Below, one piece after another: positions 27,764 to 36,849 of a stretch of 64,000 bases of DNA; within the stretch, counting starts at the first letter, position 1, and each line of letters starts with the position of its first letter. Made by a program: the position numbers and the translations under genes. Origin of the DNA: an uncultured virus (IMG/VR IMGVR_UViG_2648501222_000009). Lineage: Duplodnaviria > Heunggongvirae > Uroviricota > Caudoviricetes. Location of the stretch: IMG/VR virus record IMGVR_UViG_2648501222_000009; one strand, written 5' to 3'. The notes beneath the pieces are model-generated. The model ran no database searches. It had not been told where the DNA came from and saw only the letters and a program-made list of their open reading frames with translations.

Positions 27764-28585
27764 TTATCCTCTCAGTTCCTGCTGTGCCAGCGGTTGCAGT
27801 GTGCCCTGATAACGGGCAAGGTCAGGACGGTAGGCCGCACCAGGTGCATAAGACCACCCGGCATCGGTGGCTACTTTAGTTGTGCCGGTGCTGAAGGTGG
27901 CCACCTGCCGCATCTCGCCGGTTTTCTCTGAAATCAGCTTCAGTTCCCGGCCCACAGCGGAGCCGGAATCCACGACCTTCAGGCCACGGGCCCGCACATC
28001 TGCGGCACTCAGGGCAATCACACCACAACGGCAGCGCCAGCCGTTCGGCGGGTAGAATGCCTGCCAGAACGGGTCATCATAACGCAGCACCAGACCATGC
28101 AGAGCCAGATGGCTTCTGCGGGTATGGCTGTCGCTGATACCGGTATACATCCAGTACGGCCTGTCGTCAGTGTTTTCCATCTGCTCAGCCCAGCGACCGG
28201 CACTGTAGAGCACCGACATGTTGGTGCGAAAGATGGTGTCGAGCCGCCACGGGCAGCCCTGCATGATGGTGACCGGTTCACCCGTTACTGGGTCGGTGGT
28301 GTCACGCGGCCCCCACCATCCCCTGCGCTGCAGTTCCGGCTCCAGCTCCTTTCTGAACCAGTGGTCTGTCTTCCCATCGTCCAGCGCCTTCTGCAGGGCA
28401 CTCCGGATATCCTCCAGAATATCGAGGCGGGTTACTTTCGCCACGGTGAACGCACGGGCATGGGCATCCTGCCACATGTCCTCCCAGTCCCATGTGATTT
28501 TATACCCTTTGGATTTCAGGTAACTGACAGCCCGCTTCGGGGGAAGTGTCATACAGTACGCCAGCTCAGCCGTTGTCACGCTCAT
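27764..28585 (-). CDS. Head morphogenesis protein (Mu gpF-like)
   Basis: HARAFTVAK and YPPNGWRCRC motifs. Confidence 0.9.
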   Translation of the reverse strand: MSVTTAELAYCMTLPPKRAVSYLKSKGYKITWDWEDMWQDAHARAFTVAKVTRLDILEDIRSALQKALDDGKTDHWFRKELEPELQRRGWWGPRDTTDPVTGEPVTIMQGCPWRLDTIFRTNMSVLYSAGRWAEQMENTDDRPYWMYTGISDSHTRRSHLALHGLVLRYDDPFWQAFYPPNGWRCRCGVIALSAADVRARGLKVVDSGSAVGRELKLISEKTGEMRQVATFSTGTTKVATDAGWSYAPGAAYRPDLARYQGTLQPLAQQELRG

Positions 28586-30065
28586 GCAGACGCCCCCAGA
28601 GTGTTGCAACAAACAGAATCCGCGCCAGCCGTTCCTGCAGGTCTTCAGCCTTCATCTGCGGGTACAGTTCAGCCAGCTCCCCCAGCAGTTCAGACGGGTT
28701 TACACCACCCTCAACCCGCTTAAACAGCGGAGCCAGTACGGGTTCCAGCGTACCGTTTAACGAACCACCGTTCATCAGAATATCCAGTGCATCATCCAGT
28801 GCCTGCTGTGCCTGAACATCGGCATCAACCGCCTCGGCAAATGACAACGGCAGCATAGCGTTCTTCTGCCGCTCTGACGGTGGTGTCTCATCGATATCGC
28901 CGTCCTGCAGCTGGTATTCCCGTTTAAAGTATTGCGGGGTGAAGGCCAGACCGGCGCGGCTGAGTTTCTCGTCGCGGGTAGCCTGAGTATCATCGACCGT
29001 TCCCTGTTCCCACATTTTCCAGACAGGACAGGCCACATCGCCAAAGTTTTGTGATACCACCATCCTGATAGCCTGATTCACTGCGCTTTCCACAATATCG
29101 GCATCAGCGTCCCTGATATCGTCAGTCACCTCCAGACCAACCATTGCTGATGCCCGGTTACTGTTGGCCTCGGTAGTCTGGTTCTGTCCCAGCAGGGCGA
29201 TGGAGATTTCACTGCGGGCCAGCGTTATCAGGTTCTGATAAATATCACTGCTGTCGGCCTTACCTGCGGCCTCCTTGATTTCAATGGACGAATCGTCAGG
29301 GATTGCGGCCACCGCGTCTTCCACCATTGCTTCCATGGAATCCAGCAGCAGGTCAATCTCGCCCTGTGCTGTACCGCGCGGATGCCTGCCGATGACCCAT
29401 GGTGAACCGTATTTCTCAGCGAAGCGCACCCAGAACTTCATACCGCCTTTTTTAAAGGTCACGGGCCAGAAACACATCGACAGATCAGGGAAGCCATACG
29501 GGTTATCGTAGGTCGCATCCTGACGCGGTACCACGAACTTGTTCGGCGGTACAGCTTCACCTTCCAGCCCTGCGTCTCTGGCGCGAAAGCGCAGCAGGTT
29601 GTCGTTGTCGAACTGAAACCACTCAGGCGGTTTACCCACGATATCGGTGATGGCCCAGGATTTTACAGAGCGTCCCCACATGATCTCACAGGGCTGATAC
29701 CCGTAGAGAACCGCGTCAGTCATCTCACCGATGATGCGGGACAGATCCAGATCGTCCAGCATATCCCGGATGAAACTGAACACCTGTTCCGGGGCATGGC
29801 CGCGTTCAAGGCCGCGCTCCAGTGATTTGACCGCCGCCTTGCGCCTGCGGATACAGCCGCCGACCAGCGGGTCGGTACGCAGCTCACGGTAGATGCGGAT
29901 ATCTCGGCCCTGGGATTTCAGAATGGGATCGGGGTTGGGCAGATACATTCCTAGCCCGAAGAAGTCGATGGAACGGCTGCGCGAGGCAATCTGCTCCGTC
30001 AGTGTTTTAGCAGGTTCGGCAAATTTGACAAACTCATCGGGTGAAACCCAGATACCTCTGGCCAT
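28566..30065 (-). CDS. Portal protein (DUF935, Mu gp29-like)
   Basis: FWVRFAEKYGSP and EISIALLGQ motifs. Confidence 0.9.
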   Translation of the reverse strand: MARGIWVSPDEFVKFAEPAKTLTEQIASRSRSIDFFGLGMYLPNPDPILKSQGRDIRIYRELRTDPLVGGCIRRRKAAVKSLERGLERGHAPEQVFSFIRDMLDDLDLSRIIGEMTDAVLYGYQPCEIMWGRSVKSWAITDIVGKPPEWFQFDNDNLLRFRARDAGLEGEAVPPNKFVVPRQDATYDNPYGFPDLSMCFWPVTFKKGGMKFWVRFAEKYGSPWVIGRHPRGTAQGEIDLLLDSMEAMVEDAVAAIPDDSSIEIKEAAGKADSSDIYQNLITLARSEISIALLGQNQTTEANSNRASAMVGLEVTDDIRDADADIVESAVNQAIRMVVSQNFGDVACPVWKMWEQGTVDDTQATRDEKLSRAGLAFTPQYFKREYQLQDGDIDETPPSERQKNAMLPLSFAEAVDADVQAQQALDDALDILMNGGSLNGTLEPVLAPLFKRVEGGVNPSELLGELAELYPQMKAEDLQERLARILFVATLWGRLHERDNG

Positions 30066-31588
30066 CAGTATCCCTCCAGCATACGGGCAGACTGGCGGCG
30101 ACGGCGCGAACTCGCCTTCACCGGCCCTTTGTTTATTTCACGGCTGGCAAAATATGCCAGCGCCAGTGCGATGGCGGCATCGCCATGACGTTTGCCGCCA
30201 TCCGCCTTTGCTTTTGAACGCTGTTCCGGCACACGGGGAACGCCGTTGACTACCTGAACCGCCCGCAGGTCGTCCAGTGTGTCTTCATCCTTCGGTAAAT
30301 CCACCAGGTTGCCGTCTTCCAGCGCAGCCTTGACCGGCGGCATATGCTCGCGGTACCAGCCCTCGGTTGGCATCACCTGCTTAACCCGGCCGGAGCCGTA
30401 TCGCTGCATAGCGTATTCGGCAAGGTAAGCACCGTTGCCCCGGGCATCGAACGCAGCCCCCAGCAGGCCGGGCAGACCATCCATCAGGTACCAGGTAATT
30501 TGTTCCTGCTGTTTGAACGGCACATTGCGCAGCTCCAGCACGAACGGTACGCGGCGCACCAGATTTTTTTCCTGCAGCAGAGGATAGTCCACCGACAGAT
30601 CACCGCTGCGGCCAAAGTCGCGTCCCAGGAAAGAGCGGGTGTCCGCAGGCAGCGCCTCCAGCAACGGCTTCAGATGCTCATCAAGCCAGTCCTGCGTTTC
30701 ACTCCGGCGCATCTCGTCAGGGAGCAGCTCGTAACCCTCCCTGCAGGTCAGACGCAACACCGGCGTGTCAGCCGACATTCGGGACTCAATCAGAGCGCGG
30801 GACAGCCAGGCCCCGCCACCGTTGGCCGGAATACAGTCAAGTTCCTCGGATGCACCGGCACCGTAGAATTTGTACACCGATGCCATCCACGCCTGTTCGG
30901 ACGCTTCCGACCATTCTTTCCCGGTGCGCAGGCAGACACGGCGGAACAATCCCTCCGACACCGCCTCCTGAAAAGTGATGCGATGTATGCTGCCACCCTG
31001 ACGTCCGGCCCGTATATCACCGATAAGCGTATTGAACGGGTTATCGTCACCGTCATGAGTGGAGATAACCCGCACTTTGCCGCCCCAGATGAGCATCGCC
31101 AGCGCCGCCTTCAGCAGTTCGTCCAGTTGCTCATGGAACGCTGCCTCATCAATAACGATGATGCCCTGACGGCCACGCAGGTTTGACGGGCGGCTGGAAA
31201 GCGCGACGACACGAAAGCCGGAGTCCGGAAATCTGATGGTATAGGTTTTGATGTGCCTGTCGTCTTCGTCCTCTTCCCAGAAACCTTCTTCGATTTCCCC
31301 GGCGGCGTAGTTGAATGCCCGCGCCCACATCGCACAGGCCTGGATATATTCGACCGTCATGTCCTGGTTATAGGCGATATAATAGACGTTCATTCCTCCC
31401 GCAGCGGCTGAAGATGCGGCGGTCAGCACATTGTCAGATGCCTCAGCCCAGGTAATACCGGTACGGCGGCTCTTCTCAATCACCTTGAGCGGAGACGTGT
31501 CAGCCACCCAGCGCTGCTGGTATGACATCAGAACGACCGGAATATCCAGTGCCGAGGTATCAGGCAAAACGGGTGTATGCTGACTCAT
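30065..31588 (-). CDS. Terminase large subunit (Mu gp28-like)
   Basis: KSRRTGITW Walker A, IVIDEAAF Walker B, HGD nuclease motif. Confidence 0.93.
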   Translation of the reverse strand: MSQHTPVLPDTSALDIPVVLMSYQQRWVADTSPLKVIEKSRRTGITWAEASDNVLTAASSAAAGGMNVYYIAYNQDMTVEYIQACAMWARAFNYAAGEIEEGFWEEDEDDRHIKTYTIRFPDSGFRVVALSSRPSNLRGRQGIIVIDEAAFHEQLDELLKAALAMLIWGGKVRVISTHDGDDNPFNTLIGDIRAGRQGGSIHRITFQEAVSEGLFRRVCLRTGKEWSEASEQAWMASVYKFYGAGASEELDCIPANGGGAWLSRALIESRMSADTPVLRLTCREGYELLPDEMRRSETQDWLDEHLKPLLEALPADTRSFLGRDFGRSGDLSVDYPLLQEKNLVRRVPFVLELRNVPFKQQEQITWYLMDGLPGLLGAAFDARGNGAYLAEYAMQRYGSGRVKQVMPTEGWYREHMPPVKAALEDGNLVDLPKDEDTLDDLRAVQVVNGVPRVPEQRSKAKADGGKRHGDAAIALALAYFASREINKGPVKASSRRRRQSARMLEGY

Positions 31589-32133
31589 GTCGCAATCCCC
31601 AGAATTTCACGGCGCAGCGCCTGTACCGCATCGGCTGAGAGACCCCCCTTACGGGCAATTTTCTCGGCATTGCTGGCTGCCAGTCGGGCACGGTCACGGA
31701 CTTCGCTCTGAAATTTCTTCAGATTGACCGACGCGCGGGACAACGTAGCCACGTTCTTCGCCACCTTTGACAACAGCGCCACGCGTTCTTTGGGGTCGAC
31801 TTCGCCTTCCTCCGCTTCCTGCAGCTGGACGATGCTCTCGAACAGCTCGGTCTGGATCAGGGCGATCACCGCCTCCGAACGTGCATCCTGATCGTCAGCC
31901 GCGCCTTCGGTCAGCATGCGGGCCGCTTCGGTGGCCGCACGGATAGCGCCGTAGCGGCGCTCAATCTTCTGGCCATAGCGGTGGATAGCCGACTTGCTGA
32001 TAACGTAACCCTGCTCACGCAGCAGAGACTCCAGTTCGGTGTACCCGCTGAAACCGGATTCGGTCAGTGCCCGTTCAAGCCAGCGGCGCACGTCTTCCGG
32101 CAGTTTCTCTATCGAGCTGCGTCTGGCCATCAT
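31585..32133 (-). CDS. Terminase small subunit (DUF3486, Mu gp27-like)
   Basis: RRSSIEKLP and ISKSAIHRYG motifs. Confidence 0.85.
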   Translation of the reverse strand: MMARRSSIEKLPEDVRRWLERALTESGFSGYTELESLLREQGYVISKSAIHRYGQKIERRYGAIRAATEAARMLTEGAADDQDARSEAVIALIQTELFESIVQLQEAEEGEVDPKERVALLSKVAKNVATLSRASVNLKKFQSEVRDRARLAASNAEKIARKGGLSADAVQALRREILGIAT

Positions 32134-32441
32134 TCACTCCAGTACTTTTCCGGACGGGCAATGCCGGGTCCGCATTCCACGGTATATTCCACCAGGTCAA
32201 CACCGAGGCGGGTCAGGTCGGCAAACCAGTCGCCGGACGGCTTTTTCTCCAGATCAACCATTCTGCGGTCTGACAGATAATCCAGCTCCCGGCGCAACTC
32301 CAGCGGCGTGGTGTCAGGATAGATGGCGCGGGCCACATCCAGCAGCAGCGTCTCACTGGCGGTGTACGGACGGGTTTTGTTAAGAGCCACCAGCAGACTC
32401 CAGCGCAGGGATTCCCGGCGCACACGGGTAATATCAACCAT
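32130..32441 (-). CDS. Mu gp26-like winged-helix protein
   Basis: LRRELDYL, ADLTRLGVDL and PGIARP motifs. Confidence 0.75.
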   Translation of the reverse strand: MVDITRVRRESLRWSLLVALNKTRPYTASETLLLDVARAIYPDTTPLELRRELDYLSDRRMVDLEKKPSGDWFADLTRLGVDLVEYTVECGPGIARPEKYWSE

Positions 32442-32766
32442 TTTTACCTCCGGTAATACGGTACTGCTGTACCACTTCCAGTTTGTTATAGAGTGCGTCC
32501 AGCTTTGCCTCAATGACCGTCTGACCCCGGATGTAATCTTCACGGCGGACGTAGTTCAGCGGTAAATCGGCCTTGAACCGCATAAATTCTTTTTCCAGTT
32601 CACCCCAGTTGGAAGCGGACTGCTGCAGCGACTGCTCAAGTGACGCAAACCTGGCAGCCTGCCGCTCCTCTGCTTTACTGAAAAGCCACTTGGCCATCCC
32701 TCCGGCAAAGCTCATAAAGGTGATAAGGAAACCCACCACCGTCCAGAATTCAACCTGCAGCGTCAT
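32434..32766 (-). CDS. Membrane-anchored protein (Mu gp25-like position)
   Basis: N-terminal TM segment, coiled coil, LPLNYVRREDY. Confidence 0.7.
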   Translation of the reverse strand: MTLQVEFWTVVGFLITFMSFAGGMAKWLFSKAEERQAARFASLEQSLQQSASNWGELEKEFMRFKADLPLNYVRREDYIRGQTVIEAKLDALYNKLEVVQQYRITGGKNG

Positions 32767-33416
32767 TTCTGTAATCCTTCCCGTTCATCCAGCAACCCGT
32801 TTATCTGGCTTCGCCAGGTACGGCACTGCTGTGCGTTGTCAATGATGTTGGCGAGGACATCCCGCTGTGAGACGCCTGAGTCGCGTAGCCGGGTATCAGT
32901 GGTTTCAGGTTGCCGGGACGTTGTGCCAGCGCCGGTGCCAGCGGTGGCAGCTGTGTCCGGAATGCCTGTACTGCCGGATGTGTCGTCATATCCGAGTGCG
33001 GCGTTGTACTGCTGCACGAAACCGCGAGTAAACACGCACTCAATGGAATGGCTCGTGCCTTTTTCATCAACCCAGCGCTGTGTGACATCTTTTACCTGCC
33101 TTTGTAGTTGTCTGTTCCGGCTTTCCAGCTGAGCAATCTGCTCAAGGTAACCGGCCTCTGCCTGATGCCCGGCGGCAACCTGCTCCTGATAACGCGCAGC
33201 CCAGGCTTTAAGTGCGGCGTTCTCCTGCTCTGCCTGTTCTCTTCTGTATCTGTCGAACTCAGACTGCAGTTTGCTGATTGCGGTATCCCCGTCACGCTTT
33301 GCATTATCGCGGCCATTGCCGTATCCCATGTAATACAGCCCTGCGAGAAAGCCGCTGATAATCATGGTCAGCAACAGTCCGCGCCACGGCAGTTTTTGTA
33401 TCAGATTAATCCACAC
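32763..33416 (-). CDS. Putative i-spanin (Rz-like)
   Basis: GTG start overlapping the endolysin end, N-terminal TM, coiled coil. Confidence 0.7.
   Translation of the reverse strand: MWINLIQKLPWRGLLLTMIISGFLAGLYYMGYGNGRDNAKRDGDTAISKLQSEFDRYRREQAEQENAALKAWAARYQEQVAAGHQAEAGYLEQIAQLESRNRQLQRQVKDVTQRWVDEKGTSHSIECVFTRGFVQQYNAALGYDDTSGSTGIPDTAATAGTGAGTTSRQPETTDTRLRDSGVSQRDVLANIIDNAQQCRTWRSQINGLLDEREGLQK
32801..33067 (-). CDS. Putative embedded o-spanin (Rz1-like)
   Basis: +1 frame; MKKARAIPLSACLLAVSC lipoprotein-like signal; Pro-rich. Confidence 0.55.
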   Translation of the reverse strand: MKKARAIPLSACLLAVSCSSTTPHSDMTTHPAVQAFRTQLPPLAPALAQRPGNLKPLIPGYATQASHSGMSSPTSLTTHSSAVPGEAR

Positions 33417-34134
33417 AGCTGCCGCCTCCCCAGGTGAGATAACGGGGGGCCAGTTCCAGCAGAATACGCTGCGGGTAGTGACGGTTCTCGCGCCAGTTAG
33501 CCGCACTGCGTCCGGCATTGACGGTGGCGACATGACCAAACCAGCGGGAGCTGTCCAGTCCCTGCTGCAGAGCCAGACGTTTGTCACGCTGCACCCAGCC
33601 CAGACCACCGTTATAACCTGACAGCGTCATTGCCATACGCTCACAGTTACCGGCTGCACTGACACGCTGCCACAGCCAGCGGTCATAACTGACCAGCGCC
33701 CGGATAGCCCAGGACGGATTAAACGGCTCGCGCTGATGAAGTCCGGGAACTGAGCGGCTTATCCAGTCGGCAGTGGCGGGCATGAACTGAGCCATGCCCT
33801 GAGCACCAGCCGGAGATACAGCACCGGGCCGCCAGCCGCTTTCCTGATGTAACTGTGCGGCAAAATCAGCCACCGGCGCAGATAACCCCCATTCCAGACG
33901 GGCATTACGAATCAGCTCACTGCGGTACTTCAGTGCAGCCTGCGGGGGCTGTGCTGCTGCGGCCTGACTGAAAAAACCGCCGCACCAGAGCAACCACGCA
34001 ATCAGCAGATTGTCCATAAGCTTCCACCAGAAACTGTATTTATCGTTGCGTGGTTCACCATGTTTAATGGCGGTTGCGCCCAGACAAAAAGCAATCAGAA
34101 AGATGAATGTAATCTGAGGCCAGTTCATGGTCAC
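33406..34134 (-). CDS. Endolysin, SLT lytic transglycosylase with hydrophobic N-terminus
   Basis: QLHQESGW, SPAGAQGMAQFMP and YNGG SLT motifs. Confidence 0.9.
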   Translation of the reverse strand: MTMNWPQITFIFLIAFCLGATAIKHGEPRNDKYSFWWKLMDNLLIAWLLWCGGFFSQAAAAQPPQAALKYRSELIRNARLEWGLSAPVADFAAQLHQESGWRPGAVSPAGAQGMAQFMPATADWISRSVPGLHQREPFNPSWAIRALVSYDRWLWQRVSAAGNCERMAMTLSGYNGGLGWVQRDKRLALQQGLDSSRWFGHVATVNAGRSAANWRENRHYPQRILLELAPRYLTWGGGSCVD

Positions 34135-34481
34135 AGCCCCGTTGCCACAGACAGGCAGACTGCCGCAACAATCAGCGCACGGCGGATCAGGGCAGCGGAA
34201 AACACCAGGTGACGGCCTGTCTGAACGGGATAGCGTCCTTCCGACATCAGCTTTTTATCGTGCATCAGGTACTGACCCGGACGGGCTTTGGGGAAAAGTG
34301 ACCGGTCAAGCCAGTAACCCAGCACAGCAGCCAGTGTGATAAGTGACAGTTTGTAGACCACCACCGGCAGTTGCTGCGGAGATACAAGACCGATAATACC
34401 GAGCAGCAGCACAGCGGTCAGCAGCCATCCGATGAGGCGGGGTTTTTTAACGGGAGGGATGATTTTTTTCAGGTTTTTCAT
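34131..34481 (-). CDS. Putative holin
   Basis: Three hydrophobic segments, LGYWLDRSLFP and RRALIV; first gene of the lysis cassette. Confidence 0.8.
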   Translation of the reverse strand: MKNLKKIIPPVKKPRLIGWLLTAVLLLGIIGLVSPQQLPVVVYKLSLITLAAVLGYWLDRSLFPKARPGQYLMHDKKLMSEGRYPVQTGRHLVFSAALIRRALIVAAVCLSVATGL

Positions 34482-34507
34482 GAAGGTCTCCTTGTTATGT
34501 CGGAGAC

Positions 34508-34580
34508 AGCATCACAAATACCGGGGGAAAGGGATTTTAAACAGCGTTAATAGTGAGACGGCAGGCGGTAGCGGCATGAT
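34508..34580. promoter_or_regulatory. Putative divergent late promoter pair (lysis genes / methylase)
   Basis: One TTAA-N6-TTAA box (34537-34550) with GATGCT 23 nt away on minus and CATGAT 24 nt away on plus. Confidence 0.65.
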
Positions 34581-34728
34581 GCCCTGAAAGAACGACCGGT
34601 CCGGTGCTCGAACACCGGACCGGCCATCAACCCACAGACAGTTCCTGTGAGCCGACCAGGGTTCAGTCAGTCTCGCGAGACCTGACCAGCCTGCCATATT
34701 TTCACTGACAGTAAAAGGCTTACATATA

Positions 34729-35493
34729 ATGAAACAGCAATTTTTACCCATCGTCCCCTGGATTGGCGGAAAACGTCGGCTGGCCAAACATATTCTGCCG
34801 TTGTTTCCTGCTCATACCTGCTACGTGGAACCATTCTGCGGCGCAGCGGCACTTTACTTCCTTAAGAACCCCTGCAAGGTTGAGGTCATCAATGATATCA
34901 ATGGCGAATTAGTCAACCTCTACCGGGTGGTAAAGCATCATCTGGAAGAGTTCGTCCGTCAGTTCAAATGGGCACTGGTCAGCCGCCAGATTTATAAGTG
35001 GCTGCAGGATACCCCGGAAGAAACACTCACTGACATTCAGCGGGTGGCAAGGTTCTACTATCTGCAGAAGCAGGCGTTTGGCGGTAAGGTGGCAGAACAT
35101 ACATTCGGAATATCCACCACCAGTGCACCGCGTTTTAACCTGTTGCGTATTGAAGAGGAACTGTCGATGGCGCACCTGCGCCTGTCCAGAACACTGATAG
35201 AGCATCTGAACTGGCACCAGTGTATTGAGCGTTATGATCGCCAGCATACGCTGTTCTACTGCGACCCGCCGTACTGGGGAACGGAAGGTTATGGTGTGGA
35301 CTTTCCGATAGGTAACTATATCCACATGGCGGAACTGGCCAGGAGTATCAAAGGGAAAATGATTATATCAGTGAACGATATCCCTGAAATGCGGCGGGCT
35401 TTCAACGGACTGAATATCCGCAGCGTCAATATCAACTACAGCCTGGCAGGCAAACCTTCGCCACGGCAGGAACTTGTGATCTGTAATTTTTAA
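34729..35493 (+). CDS. DNA adenine methyltransferase (Dam/D12 class)
   Basis: PWIGGKRRL, VEPFCGAA SAM-binding, VINDIN and catalytic DPPY. Confidence 0.93.
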   Translation: MKQQFLPIVPWIGGKRRLAKHILPLFPAHTCYVEPFCGAAALYFLKNPCKVEVINDINGELVNLYRVVKHHLEEFVRQFKWALVSRQIYKWLQDTPEETLTDIQRVARFYYLQKQAFGGKVAEHTFGISTTSAPRFNLLRIEEELSMAHLRLSRTLIEHLNWHQCIERYDRQHTLFYCDPPYWGTEGYGVDFPIGNYIHMAELARSIKGKMIISVNDIPEMRRAFNGLNIRSVNINYSLAGKPSPRQELVICNF

Positions 35494-35525
35494 AGTCTTG
35501 GGCGGGGAATCCGCCCTTTATTTCC

Positions 35526-36089
35526 TTAGCTTACCGGACAGTTCCATTTACTATCTTTATCAGGGTGATAGATTTCCAGACAGCCTGGTTTCGGTGGCTT
35601 GTTGTCAGGTGTGGCAGGCAATATTTCACGTGTTTCATCCGGTGTATTTGAGGCATCCCTATTTCTTGCTATTGAAAGATCAAACCATTGTTCACTATCA
35701 ATATTATCTGCATTCTGATCTAGCATCAGTGCTTTGCAAGGTGTTTTAGGTATTTTTACTGCTGTTCCTTCTTTGTTAATTTCGATAAAACAATTATGTC
35801 CAAACGTCATGTAATCATTAGGTATTTTGGCGTCATCTGGCACATGAAATTTAATGGTAAGCCAATAATTTTGTTCAACACTGACTTTTTGTAATTGGCT
35901 AGCATATTTATCTAACCCAGGCAATCGCGCTCTTATTGCAGGCAATAACTGATTTATAGTTGAATTATCAGTCTCAACACTGAACATCGACAGTTCTTCA
36001 GGCGAGTCAGAAGTATCTACAGGGTCTGCATTATCCCCACACCCAGACAAAACAAATACCAATAGTAAAAATATTTTTCGTATAGTCAT
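35526..36089 (-). CDS. Lipoprotein downstream of the repressor (lysogenic conversion candidate)
   Basis: Lipobox LSGC; AT-rich. Confidence 0.75.
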   Translation of the reverse strand: MTIRKIFLLLVFVLSGCGDNADPVDTSDSPEELSMFSVETDNSTINQLLPAIRARLPGLDKYASQLQKVSVEQNYWLTIKFHVPDDAKIPNDYMTFGHNCFIEINKEGTAVKIPKTPCKALMLDQNADNIDSEQWFDLSIARNRDASNTPDETREILPATPDNKPPKPGCLEIYHPDKDSKWNCPVS

Positions 36090-36125
36090 ATTTTCATACC
36101 TTTTAATGTTCTTAATAGGAACAGA

Positions 36126-36536
36126 TTAACCTGTATTTTTTAATTTATTGAATGCTGCGGACAGCTCCTGAAGTTGTTTTTCCATATCAATCATTCGCTG
36201 TTTTTCCTCAGCGCCTCGCAGCAATTCTTTTCGCACCTCTGGCTCCAGTTGGTTTAGCAGCTCCAATATCTTCAGATCAGACTGATTGAAATGCTGTTCC
36301 TGATTAGTCAGTTGTACTTTCTCTATCCCAGTAGCTTCCCCTTTACCAGTAAGTAGCCAATCTATAGATATACCCAATTGAGCACTTAACGTAATAAGAG
36401 CATCTGCATTGGGTTCTCTCTCACCACGTAAATAGTTTTGAAGTGAGCGATATGGAATTTTTGACAGGTCAGACAATGCCTTAATAGTCAAATTCTTAGC
36501 ATCAATCGCTTCGCGCAATCTCTCTTTTATACTCAT
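36126..36536 (-). CDS. Phage repressor, XRE HTH
   Basis: IPYRSLQNYLRGEREP..ISIDWLLTG; divergent from the ner-like gene. Confidence 0.88.
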   Translation of the reverse strand: MSIKERLREAIDAKNLTIKALSDLSKIPYRSLQNYLRGEREPNADALITLSAQLGISIDWLLTGKGEATGIEKVQLTNQEQHFNQSDLKILELLNQLEPEVRKELLRGAEEKQRMIDMEKQLQELSAAFNKLKNTG

Positions 36537-36614
36537 TTGAACACATCTCAGTTTGACATACCCATTCGGGTGTGTACAATAGACCCAATAGAGTACATTA
36601 TAACCCAAAGGGAA
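36531..36614. promoter_or_regulatory. Early promoter and operator array
   Basis: TTGACA(36553)-16-TACAAT(36575); imperfect palindromes ACCCATTCGGGT, ACCCAATAGAGT, ACCCAAAGGGAA and ACTCATTTGAAC. Confidence 0.75.
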
Positions 36615-36615
36615 C

Positions 36616-36849
36616 ATGATGCATATGAACAAACAACAGGTTCGGGCACGACTGGTTGAACGGGGCAGCAGCCTACGCCAGTTCGCGCTTAACGCGGGCT
36701 ATGAGCCACGGACTGTTACCCAGGCGGTAAGTCGCTGGGCTGGCAGAAATGAGCTTCCCCGTGGGCGTCTGACGTATCGCATTCTGCGCGATCTGTCCGT
36801 CGTGATCGGCAAAGAAGTTACACCCGGCATCCTTCAGGAGGTGTCATGA
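36616..36849 (+). CDS. ner: Ner-like transcriptional regulator
   Basis: VRARLVERGSSLRQFALNAGY; first early gene. Confidence 0.75.
   Translation: MMHMNKQQVRARLVERGSSLRQFALNAGYEPRTVTQAVSRWAGRNELPRGRLTYRILRDLSVVIGKEVTPGILQEVS

Noticed and set aside
30344..31186. 280-aa antisense ORF and similar shadow ORFs (3085-3798, 40668-41396, 47751-48455, 49063-49827)
   Set aside because: They lie opposite well-supported phage genes, have no recognisable motifs and are expected in GC-rich coding DNA.
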